A stretch of DNA of 45,862 bases from Chromera velia. Taxonomy: Eukaryota. Shown here in pieces: positions 35,546 through 45,862 of this stretch (within the stretch, counting starts at the first letter, position 1; each line of letters begins with the position of its first letter). The position numbers and the translations under genes were made by a program. The notes under the pieces were generated by a model that saw only the letters and a list, made by a program, of their open reading frames with translations, was not told the origin of the DNA and did no database searches. The DNA lies in assembly GCA_018398765.1 (NCBI GenBank), contig JAHBMJ010000507.1:1-45862 (forward strand), given 5' to 3'.

Positions 35546-38287
35546 ATGGCCCCGTTTGTTGAGTACAAGAAAGGAGACGGCAAGCACGGCGAGCACCAGC
35601 ACATTCGCCGTATTATTCTGAATCGCCCCGACGCACGCAATGCCGTCAATGCAGAGGTGGCACAGCAGATGGAAGCAGCACTGGACGCTTTTGAGAACGA
35701 TGACGACGCGTGGGTGGCTGTGCTCTGCGCAAGAGGCCCCGTTTTCTGCGCAGGTAAGAGGGGGGGTGATTTTAATTTCGCCGTCTCCGTCTCCGTCTCC
35801 GTCCACGAGTGTGGGTTCTTTTGGCTGATTGGTCCAACGGGTGAGACTCCCGTGGCACTGCATTTTCATTATATAAACTGGGGGGGGGTGCCGTTGGGTA
35901 GAAGTTTATTGTCAAAAGTAGGGAGGTTCGCTCCTTCCAGATGCTTTCCTCGACGACTCACATTTAATCCAATATTTCTTTTCCTTCATTGCAATCAGGC
36001 GCCGACCTGAAGGCCATCAGCGACTCGAGAGGCGGCACGATCTTCACAGAAAAGGGAGGCTTTGCAGGGTCGGTGTGTATGTGAGGAAGTTGCTGAGAGG
36101 AATGCGTGAGAACGAGTGACTGGGTCGGTGCGTGTGTGGCGAACGAGCTCGTAGCGAATCAGTGAGTGAGCGGATGAGAACATGCGCAAGCGTGTCGACA
36201 GATGGATGTTCTTTTTCTTTCCGAGAACCGCGATCTCCGAGAACGTTAGCACGTATGTACGCATCTGTGTATTTTATGAATATTGCCGTTGTGCATATGG
36301 CTTTTCCCCCCTGCGTACAGGTTCGTGAGATATCCGAGGAGAAAACCTGTGGTGGCTGCTGTGGAGGGGCCTTGCTTCGCGGGGGGCCTGGAGCTGGCTC
36401 TTGCGTGTGACTTCATCGTTGCCTCCTCGGCAGCTTCCTTGTGAGTCTGCGCCCTTCTCCCCCCCTTCTCTACTTTGCGTTTTGTTCGTCTTCGCAAGGT
36501 AGATCCAAGAGGCCAAAATCAGTCTATCCATCCGTCTCTTTGTCTTTTGAGGTGGGGTGATGTTGGCCTTCCTCGATTGGTATGCATGACGCTGGCTGTT
36601 GAGTTTTGAAATCAGATGGTGGATTGGGCCAATCATCCCGTCCCCTTCTCGCTGATTTCGTTGCATTCATTGAGCCTTGCAGCGGCTTGCCCGAAGTCTT
36701 TTTTTTTTTCTGTATGAAAGCAAATGCATGCATCGTTGCATTGAGCCTTCAATGCAGCGGCTTGCCCGAAGTCAAACGGTCACTCGTGGCAGCTGCTGGC
36801 GGTCTCTTCCGGTCGGTCGGTCGGTCGGGAAGGAAAAGGAACTGAAAGAAGGCGGAGAAGGGAAGGGAAACGAGAGGAAAAGAAAGGCAAGGACTGCAGA
36901 GTGGCAGGGAGGGAGGGTAGCGAGGCACAGCATTCTCCTTGTCCCCCCAGAAAAGTAACACAGCACAGCGTCAGACTTTGGCGGGGTGGGGTGGAAAAAC
37001 CCGTGTGTGCTCTGATTGGGTAACAAGGCATTGGAGGAAGAATGCAAAGACTCGCTGTGAGAGGAGGCAATAGTGACAACAGGATGAGTCGAGACGGCCT
37101 CCTCGAGTGCACTTGAATGGGGGGAGGGATGCTGGCCTGAGAGAAAGAGGGAAAGGAGGAGGCCTAAAGTTCTCTCTCATGAGCTCTTTGACTTTTGCCT
37201 TCTCTCCCTGCCTGTTGTATTCCCTACCGAGTTGCGCACCTTCCTCCTCAGCTTCTTCCTGCATTTCCTCAGTAGTGCTTCATTGGCCGCCTTCCCACGT
37301 TTATGCTGATAGCGTTTCTGTATGAGTTGATAAAGCATACTGAGAAAAACGCATGCACAGCGGACATGCATGCTGTGACTAGCTACGGACGCATGCAGGC
37401 TCCCCTCCCGCATTCCAACCAACGAGGCCATGATGATGGTCCTCACTGGAGACCCCATTGACGCACGCAGAGCCTATCAGCTTGGCCTGGTACAGCGACT
37501 TACCCCCCCAGGTATGTATGTGTGTACGTGTGTGTGCGTGCGTGCGTGCGTCAGTGGGGGGTTGTCTCTCAAGAGAGAAAGAGAGAGTTTTGCAGGTGCC
37601 CATTGAAGTAAACGAGAGGACTTTTCTATTCATTTCTCTCAATCAGTTCGTTCCGTGGATGAGTGCCAGGACTCGACAGTTCTCTCTCTGTCCCTTGATT
37701 CTTTTTCTCATGCCTGCTCGCTCCTGCCTGGATGCTTGCAGGTGCTGCCGAGGCAGAGGCCCTCGACGCCGCCCGACGCATCGCCCTCAACGCTCCAGTG
37801 GCCGTCGCCCTCTCTCGTCAGGTGCGTGTGCATGCATACATTGACACGTGTGTATACATGTGTGCGTGTCTCTGTGGAGTTCTGCATGTATGTACGTACG
37901 TGTGCGGGCATGTGCATGTGAACGCTTGCATGTGAATGCATGTATGTGGGTGAGTCTGCAAATACGCATGTATCCTTATGTCGATATGCGTGTGCCATTT
38001 TTTGTGAGTCCGTGTTTGTCTATGCACGGCATGTACATGTGCGTGTACGTATTGACACATCATTGCCCTCTTTGGTTCTGCAGGTCGCAAGGACCCCTGG
38101 CGAGGGTCCCAGCGAGGCGCAAGGGTGGGAGGCGAGCGAGGAGGCCTGGGCGAGGGTGAGCTCGAGTGCAGACCACGCCGAGGGCCCGCGGGCGTTTGTG
38201 GAGAAGAGAGCACCCAGGTGGAAAGGGTGGGAGTCTGTCGAGGAGAGGGAGCGTCTTGTGCCTCTGCCTTCAACCAGCCGTCTGTGA
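35546..38287 (+). CDS. Enoyl-CoA hydratase/isomerase (crotonase family), 7 exons, 282 aa, C-terminal PTS1 (SRL)
   Basis: Exons 35546-35753, 35999-36068, 36321-36440, 36758-36811, 37399-37511, 37742-37821 and 38084-38287 (849 nt, all GT-AG). Motifs: [65 protein letters not shown] and [16 protein letters not shown]. Both catalytic Glu residues are present. Confidence 0.95.
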
Positions 38288-39431
38288 AGATTGGGTTCGG
38301 TCGCAAATGTTCAACTGATTCATAAAATAAATTTGCGTGATACACTCACAAGCCCATTTCAGTACACTCCATTAACGAATGTATGAAAGGACAGCCGAGG
38401 GCAGGGGTGTCAGGGGAACTTCATCCCTATTGAGGGAACAGCATGGTCGTGTTGTAAACATACAGGCTAGCATACAAGGCCATTTAACGATGTGATTGAG
38501 TCAACTTATTTTTAAAAGGTCGATGTACATACATAGAAAGATACATATGATGATGAGGTGACTTAACCCGCTAGCCATCGTGTTCCAATGGTAAAGGGCA
38601 GTCTGAGCATATATGTATTGCTAGCCTAGAAGTGTGATTAGGTGGTTTATACAGGATTACAGGATTATATTGTGTTCGAGGCCGGAGCCCTAGACCTGCA
38701 TACCAGTTATCTGACGTCCGCCTTGCACCATATATTTATGCACATTACTCCACACCATACACATATACATACAATGATACATCTCATGACGACACATGAA
38801 TTTCTTGTCTTGCACTTCAAACTTCAAAACCATTACTACTGCCGACAAACATGGATGCAGTTCAACGCAGCAGTTGAATTATAGTCCCGGGATAATATTA
38901 AGTTATGCTTGATTTTCTCTGACGAAGTGCGATTGAAAGACAGAGTGACAGAGGATAGGGGTGGAGCAATAGCATGCATCCTCTATCACTTTTGCGACCG
39001 TATGCCTACGTGCAGAGCCTGTCTCTCTTGCTCTTTTCATCTGATAAAGCATGCCGATCAGATCTTCTACCTTAGAATGCAGCTCTCTGTTTCCTTTCTT
39101 TTTCTCTTCTTTATCGTAGACTTCTGCGAGCTATTCGACAGTCACATCTCGAAAAGCATCCTTAAGTTCCTCTTTACATCTCCCCTACACTCTTCATCTC
39201 ATCAAGATTCTTTTTATGAGTGTGTTCACATGGTAGTCTGCTTCGTTGACCATAAAGGTGAACAGGGCCATTTTGTCGATTTTTCTATCCCCTTCTGACT
39301 TTCTTATATGCTTTGCTCTTTTGTTCCTCTCGTCTGTCCACCTTTGTGCCAGATAGCCAATGTATTCCTCCCTTTTCCATTCGTATACTGGGCATTCTGT
39401 GAGCACGTGGACCTCATCTTCGAGGACTGAA

Positions 39432-39849
39432 TTTAACCCACAAAGCGAAAGCAGTGCTCTGTCTGTTGAATGTAGCGACCACAAACTCTGTGTACATGAT
39501 TTTTGTATTCGGTGTGTTAATCACTTCATGCATAGACTTTTTTCATGTGCTAAGTGGCTGGATAAAAGAGAATTCCTGCACTGCCTGGCTAAGCTGGAAT
39601 CCAATAATTCAAATGATTGTAACTGTCCACTCCCCGGTGCAAGTACATCTGAACTCTTCATCCGTAATATCATTCGATCGCTTCTACGTTCACATCTAGT
39701 CTGTCTCTTTGATGTCTGTCTCCCTATTCTAGAAAGTGATTAACTGATCGACTCCACCGGCGACTTAACAAACAACAACCATGCATCTATGTGCCGCCCA
39801 GGAGCTTAGCGCTCCAACTAGGGTTAGGCATCCTCTAACTAACTAACTA
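39432..39849 (+). mobile_element. LINE B copy 1: 3'-end fragment with (TAAC)n tail and 6-bp TSD
   Basis: Encodes a CCHC-like motif CVHDFCIRCVNHFMHRLFSC, stops at 39743, then has a short 3' UTR and a taactaactaac tail. ACTGAA lies at 39426-39431 and 39850-39855. About 91% identical (hand count) to 41460-41880. Confidence 0.85.
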
Positions 39850-40299
39850 ACTGAAAGGCCAAGCAAGTTAAAATAGAATGGACAAATTTGTTTCTCAAGT
39901 GGCACTCTCTGTTCACCTTTTTGCAGCACTCTTCTTTTTGTGACGGCGAAGCTTCTTTCTTTAAGTCTAAATGCTGCTCTCCTTCTATGCACTAACCAGG
40001 GTGCTGGCTCGGTATAGCAAGAGGGGGTTTTTCCAATATCTTCTTCTCTGATGCATATGCACGGAGTGTACCAGTGTTTCTTTCTGCATTAAAAATTTTT
40101 TTTTTCTTTCTCAAGGAAAGACTATAATTAAATGAAGGCGATTTCCGTTTTGAACCCCTCTGTGCCAACCTGAAACGGGCCTCCCTCAAACTGACTCAGT
40201 CTTACCTGTTCTTCTCTCTTTTTTGTCTTGATTGTTTGTTCTACCTGCCTCTTAAACACTTTTTTCTTTCTTTTTTCCCCCGTGTGTGTTTTGCAAGCA

Positions 40300-41880
40300 A
40301 AAGCGAGGCAAGGCATGCCAGCGAGACAGTTGAGCAAGAGCGGGCACACGTAAAAATGGAAGCAGGCAGTGGAGAGGAGCCAGAGAGCGAGCCAGAGCCA
40401 GTTTTGCTGGATGATTATGTCCTGGACAGTTTGGGTTATGCTAACGATCTCTGCTTTCTTGCCTATTCCGTCTCAGACCTTCAAAAGAAATTCTTTGCTC
40501 TCGAGAAGTATTGGAAAGAATGGAGACTTACAGTCAATCTGAAAAAGATAAAGATTCTCCGCCTGTCTACCTCTGCATTTGGGGAAAGCTCTGGTTTGAT
40601 GGTGTATGAAGGGAAAGAGGTTGAATGGGCAATGGAATACAAGTATCTGGGGTGCCTGTTCTTTGAGGGGGGATGCCTCAGTGAGATAGTTGAATCGCAC
40701 ATTGCTTCGGCCTCCCACGTCCTGGGGGATGTCTTTGGTCTGATTACCACAATGGGTCCCCTCAGTGTAGATACACAGATGACTGTTTTTAAAGCGTGTT
40801 GGTCCCCTATCACACTGTACTGCCTCGAATGTTTCCCTCTTTGTGATACCAATCTTCTTGCAATCGATACTTTGCAGCTCCGTTTTGCACGCTGGTCTGG
40901 CCGTCTGTCTATTCGCAGTCTTCATTTGCCCTCCCTATATATTTTTGGCCTGCTTTCTGCAAAAGCCCTGCTTTGCTCTAGAGTGGCCGACTGGTGGTGC
41001 TCGCTCTCCCAAACTATGTACACCGTTCCCGCTGCAATGCTGCATGCCTGGAAGGGAAACACTTGTCCAGAGTTTTCGAGAGCCTCCTTGCGGCTGCTTT
41101 GTTGGGCTGGTCTGGATTTTGTTTGTTCGTTGGGGATGGGAGTACCACAACACCCTGGCATCAGCGGGCAGCAGCGACAGAGAGTTTAAGGCACCGGCTC
41201 TCTCTTTTTTAAGGGCAGAGCTAGACATGCAGTTGCAGAAGAGGTCTGCACGCGATGGGCGGGGGCTATCGCTTCTTCGCATTTCCCTCCTCTTACTAAG
41301 CTCACCCCCCTTTAACAAGCTTTCCCCTCCTCTCATCGCATGTTTGTGTTTCTTCTTTGCAACAAATCTGCCTCTGGTCTCTACTCCTTTTCCGCCCTCC
41401 CTCGATCTGCTCTCACAGTAACCGATGGCTCTCTGTTCGGTTTCTTACGTCTGCTCTCATTTAACTCACAAGACGAAAGCAGTGCTCTATCTGTTAAATG
41501 TAGTGACCACAAACTCTGTGTACATGATTCTTATATTCGGTGTGTTAATGACTTCATGCATAGACTTTCTTCATATGCTAAGTGGCTAGATAAAAGAGAA
41601 TTCCTGCACTGCCTGGCTGAGCTGGAATCCATTAATTCAAATGATTGTAACTGTCCATTCCCCAGTGCAAGTACATCTGAACTCTTTATCCGTAATATCA
41701 TTCGATTGCTTCTATGCTCACATCCGGCCTGTTTCTTTGATGCCTGTCTCCCAATTCTAGAAAGTGATTAACTGATCAACTCCACCAGCAACTTAACAAA
41801 CAATAACCATGCATGTATGTGCCGCCCGGGAGCTTAGCATTCCAACTGGGGTTAGGCATCCTCTAACTAAGTAACTAACT
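40300..41880 (+). mobile_element. LINE B copy 2: 5'-truncated RT pseudogene through to the 3' tail
   Basis: LGYANDLCFLA (YADD mutated), LTVNLKKIKIL and YKYLG; frameshifts lead into the same C-terminus as copy 1 (stop 41771); taactaagtaactaact tail. The 5' boundary is approximate. Confidence 0.85.
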
Positions 41881-43202
41881 CATCTACGTTTCTTTCTTTC
41901 AACCATCTAACTATTCTGTCTCTTATCTTAAAAGAAGGCTGTTAGTCTGCCTGTGCTGGTGCTCTTTTTATCTTAAACGGGTGTTCACCTCTGTTATACA
42001 GCACTCTTGCACTCTCTTCTAAGTGGGGGAAGAACTCATACGGATGCATTTCCTTTCCCTTCAGTCTGCTGTCCACTCCTCTCTGAACTGTATTGATCAA
42101 CACACGGAAGACAGGGGATTCTCTTTTCTTTTTCAGAACAGCAGCCCTCCATGTCAGCGTCCGATCTGCTACCTCCAGCTCGATCGGAAGAAGACCCCCC
42201 TCTAAATACGTTGATACGACGCTTTCTTTTTCTCGTATACCCAACACCCACCTCACAAACCTTCTCTGTAACTAGTTGAATTTCTCGAAACTCTTTTTTG
42301 TGCCCCTGTGGATTTCACAGCCATATTATAGCCAAACTGCCCTGACTGTCTGTTTGAAGCACTCAAAACAAATACTTAGAGGCAGCTCACCTGCAACTGC
42401 TATCTTTGCTTTTAGGGAGTAGAAAGCTCTTTCTATCTTTGTGTATCTTTCATCCATCATCTTTTCTATTAAATAGTCATCTGTTATCAAAAGGCCCAAG
42501 TATGGATATTCAGATGCCCTTTTCAGTTCCCTTCCGGCCAAACTAAACTCATATGTCTTCCTTCTTTCCTGGTTTCTCCCCTCCCCCCACATAAAGAACA
42601 TCCATCTTAACTTGCTTGAAAGAGGAACTTCTATGTCTTCTGTGTAGCCTTCTGCTCCCTTTAGCAGTGCCTTAAAACCCTTTTCCTCCTTTGACTCATT
42701 GACAAGAAACGCGTCGTCTGCATATAGACTTGCATCAAAGTCCACTGTATGTCCCTATAGACCCACCTTTGCCTTTATCCTTCCTGCCTGTCGTCTGTCT
42801 CCCTCCAGTTCTCTGTCTGCTCTCCTTCTTATTTCAGTAGGCATATTATTGGTATATATAGAATAAATGACAGGCCCTGCCGGACCTCTCTGCTTCCCTC
42901 CTTTCCTTTCTCTCCACCACCAGTCCGTTCCTTTCACTCTCATCTTGATGTCTCTTACCAACTCTACAATCTAATTAGCCATCCAGTCTGACAACTTGTT
43001 TTTCTTCAGCTGTCTGCACAGCTTTTTGTGTCTGACTTAATGTACTATAAATAATTGTATTCAAGTTATTCACTCGATTATTCATTTATATTTGTATTTA
43101 TATATATACTGCACACACACACATACACACACACACACACACACATACACACACACACACATACACATACATACACATACACACACACAGATACATACAC
43201 AC

Positions 43203-43245
<43 letters not shown>

Positions 43246-43388
43246 CTCTGTAGATAGCTGGGATTTTAAATATAATCCAGCAGAATCCTGGGCAAAATCC
43301 CGTATAATCCGCTAAAATCCTGGCTAAAATCCCGTAAAATCTGCTAAAATCCTGGGCTAAAATCTCGTAAAATCCCAGCTACCTGCAG

Positions 43389-43390
<2 letters not shown>
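43246..43390. mobile_element. 145-bp MITE with 23-bp TIRs inserted in (TA)n; TA target as for Tc1/mariner-type elements
   Basis: Left ctctgtagatagctgggatttta versus right taaaatcccagctacctgcaggg gives 20/23 inverted identity, and all three mismatches are transitions. TA lies on both sides. The interior is made of AAAATCC-type repeats. Confidence 0.85.
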
Positions 43391-43429
<39 letters not shown>

Positions 43430-44075
43430 ATATATATATATATATATATAAACTACGGCTACTTACTAAACTATTTTACATGTTACTGTTTAAAAGTTGT
43501 ATGAGCTTTTGTACTACAAGCTATAAAACAGAAGTGATAGTGATTTCATTGGTCACGGTGTCTAGATTAATATCTTAGTACAACACTGTCGCCGTTCTAC
43601 TAGAAGTCATCCCTGCGAACAGCCAAAGTGCGCCTCATGACTGAAGCTCCAGACCGCGTACGGCGTGGCCTGCCTGGAGCTTAATTCGGGTAATAATTCC
43701 CCCATACTGTCAGTCTGCCACATTCTCTCTTCACTTTGCATGTCTTGGACCGGGGGCTGACTGCTATTAAATTAACTTCTGCATTTATTAAATTCAATTC
43801 TAGATTCTTCTAGATTTAATTTTTGCATAATAAATTCATGCATTTGGTTTTCAATGTACGATTAGTGTATTCACCACAAAATTGTATGTACATGAGTTTA
43901 AAGTATATTCTTAATTTTATTTTAAACCTTACTGCTAGTAGCGGTGTAGGTAAATAAAAATTCTGCCTCAAATTGTTCGACCATGTATGGGAATCACTCT
44001 ACAATCAATTATCACAACATAACACAATGAATATAAAAAAATAGTAAAGAGGCAAAAGTCTCACCATTTGACTAC

Positions 44076-44076
<1 letters not shown>

Positions 44077-44144
<68 letters not shown>

Positions 44145-44168
44145 TGTGTGTGTGTGTCTATGTGTGTG

Positions 44169-44230
<62 letters not shown>

Positions 44231-44281
44231 TGTGTGTCCAGGTGTGTGGGTGTGTGTGTCTGTGTCTGTGTCTCTGTGTGT

Positions 44282-44330
<49 letters not shown>

Positions 44331-44343
44331 CGTGTGTGTGTGC

Positions 44344-44379
<36 letters not shown>

Positions 44380-44383
44380 GTGT
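44077..44383. repeat. Compound (CT)n/(GT)n microsatellite array
   Basis: Alternating CT and GT dinucleotide blocks. Similar arrays occur at 3075-3200, 21168-21345, 34100-34277 and 43110-43245. Confidence 0.95.
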
Positions 44384-44592
44384 GGTTTTTGCCTCCCAGC
44401 CAGGGTGCCGAAGATTCATAAGGACGGGTCAGGAGACACGGACTAACGACTTGCAACTTCAATTGAAATCAGACGCTTTTGTTACAAGGGAAGACGCCAT
44501 GTCTTTGTCTTATGGGATGCAGCTTCGTCCATCGAATTGGTCTTGAAGGAATGTACTGGGTGGTAGGGTAGATGAAATTCTGCATGCTCATG

Positions 44593-45465
44593 TTACTCCT
44601 CCTGGGGAAGCGTCATCGCCAGTTCCCTACGCCACTCCTCTTGCTTCTTCATCGCGTCACTGGACCCTGGCCACAACGCAGGATCGAAAAGATTTTCCAA
44701 TCTCACAGAGCTCTCATCCCCAAACAAACGAGAGCTGATCTCTTGGGCAAGGGATTTTGCAGCAGCCTCGTCGCCTGTCATCCAGGAAGATGAATTGCCC
44801 TCCTCGTAGTGCCACGAATGTCGGTGATGCAGCTTCACCTCTCCCCCTTCCATGGTCAGTGTATCCACGTGTTTTTGCCCCATTGCCATGTGGTTCTGTT
44901 CGTCCACACTCGGCGTGACATGGTTGAGGTGGAAGGACCAACCTGCTGGAACAGAGTGGGTCCAAGGTTTGGTCATTTTGACCTCCTCAGGAACCACCAG
45001 ACGATCAAGGAAGACCCAGGCGTCAGACCGAGGGTACCAGTTGGACGGTTTCACGCTGATGAAGATGCTGTGTTTACCGTCTGCGTGCAACAGGACCGAG
45101 TGCTCGGAGCACAACTCATCAGGGGTCTCCCCGAACGCTCGGAATACACCAACCTGCTCAATAAAGCATATATACACGTGAACAATCAGTCGGAGAAGAA
45201 ACATTCAAACTTTGCAGCGACATGGAGGCACTGCAAGTGAAGGAGCTAGAGAATCATCGAGATCCCGGTGACACGACCAACAAAAGGAATACAAACCCAT
45301 ACATTAGGTCAGTGCGTCACTTGACATCATGACCCTTGCGCAGCACACACGAACCTTCTTCTGTGTGTCGACACCGCAGGCCGTCCAGAGCTCCTTCACG
45401 CCTTCCTTGTACTGAACATCAGAGGTTGCATTCACCACTTCGGCAGGCATCTCGGCAGCAGAACT
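44593..45465 (-). CDS. 3' exons of an unknown protein; the gene probably continues toward or past the window end
   Basis: Exons 45465-45355 (SSAAEMPAEVVNATSDVQYKEGVKELWTACGVDTQKK) and 45153-44593 join in phase 0 through a GT-AG intron. The sequence is complex and globular-looking, but no family was recognised. A further exon probably lies at ~45520-45710. Confidence 0.6.
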
Positions 45466-45862
45466 CTACAACGAGAATAGTCGGGCGCTTTGGACCGTGA
45501 TCACTTTGCGTATATACGTACACCCGACATGCATGTATATATATTTCCGCCAAAAAGTTTGAGGGCTTCCAGGAGCCAGCTTCTCTCGTATCTCTTGTAA
45601 ATGCTGTGCTTTCTTTTCCTAATTTGAATGCACCAACTCACAAACTTTGACGATGCTGGGTTGCATGGGAGAGGACCGAAGCACCATTCACATGCAGCTC
45701 GGTGCCTGACCTGACCACGCAGATTAAGTTTTGCATCTGACAATGCATGCGCGCGCGTGTTGCAGTGTTGCTGCGAACTATACATGCATATGCATGTGTT
45801 GCATTGTGTACGTTGCCAATGCCTGTAAAGCCGCCATTTTGAGCCCCGCGGCTGTGCCGCGG

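Larger units (their letters stand above)
38815..43040 (-). mobile_element. LINE A: 5'-truncated, degenerate non-LTR retrotransposon (RT to CCHC), interrupted by two LINE B copies
   Basis: Minus-strand pieces: VRHKKL..., GGKQRGPAGPVIYSIYTNNM, LYADDAFLV, YPYLGLLI and YGCEI (43040-41881); LRAYA..K, RRAAFRL and VPLEKQICPFY (~40290-39856); SVLEDEVHVLTECPVY (39431 leftward). In-frame stops and frameshifts are present. The 3' boundary is approximate. Confidence 0.85.

Noticed and set aside
39432..41880. Two ~420-bp direct repeats as LTRs flanking an RT
   Set aside because: There are no TG...CA ends. The repeats encode a LINE-type CCHC C-terminus with a tandem-repeat tail, copy 1 has its own TSD, and the RT is of the non-LTR type.
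41940..43040. Alternative genetic code (TAA/TAG = Gln), prompted by TAR stops in LINE A and TGA stops in most host genes
   Set aside because: Long Gln-rich host exons contain no in-frame TAA/TAG, and one gene appears to end in TAA (44593). The stops are better explained by C-to-T decay.

Overview
Eukaryotic nuclear DNA with intron-rich genes and introns packed with microsatellites. Abundant TGCATGCA motifs suggest an apicomplexan-related or chromerid-like alveolate (inference only). By hand-splicing GT-AG introns I reconstructed these genes: a 10-exon phosphoserine aminotransferase (minus); a divergently transcribed, catalytically dead ubiquitin-E2 variant with a large insertion and an FG-rich tail (plus); a Pro-rich protein of about 1070 aa with PAM2 motifs, preceded by a small hydrophobic ORF (minus); a protein with degenerate ankyrin repeats (minus); a divergently transcribed bacterial-like enoyl-CoA hydratase ending in the peroxisomal signal SRL (plus); and two partial unknown genes. 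The AT-rich islands hold transposons: a 530-bp MITE with a 6-bp target-site duplication (TSD), a 145-bp TA-flanked MITE, and a nest in which one LINE is interrupted twice by a second LINE family. The most notable observations are a CpG plus CpA/TpG transition bias in the transposons (RIP-like), three covarying hairpin repeats at 213-415, the split pseudo-E2, and 5' splice sites reiterated as tetranucleotide repeats. Exon models are manual and have no transcript support.
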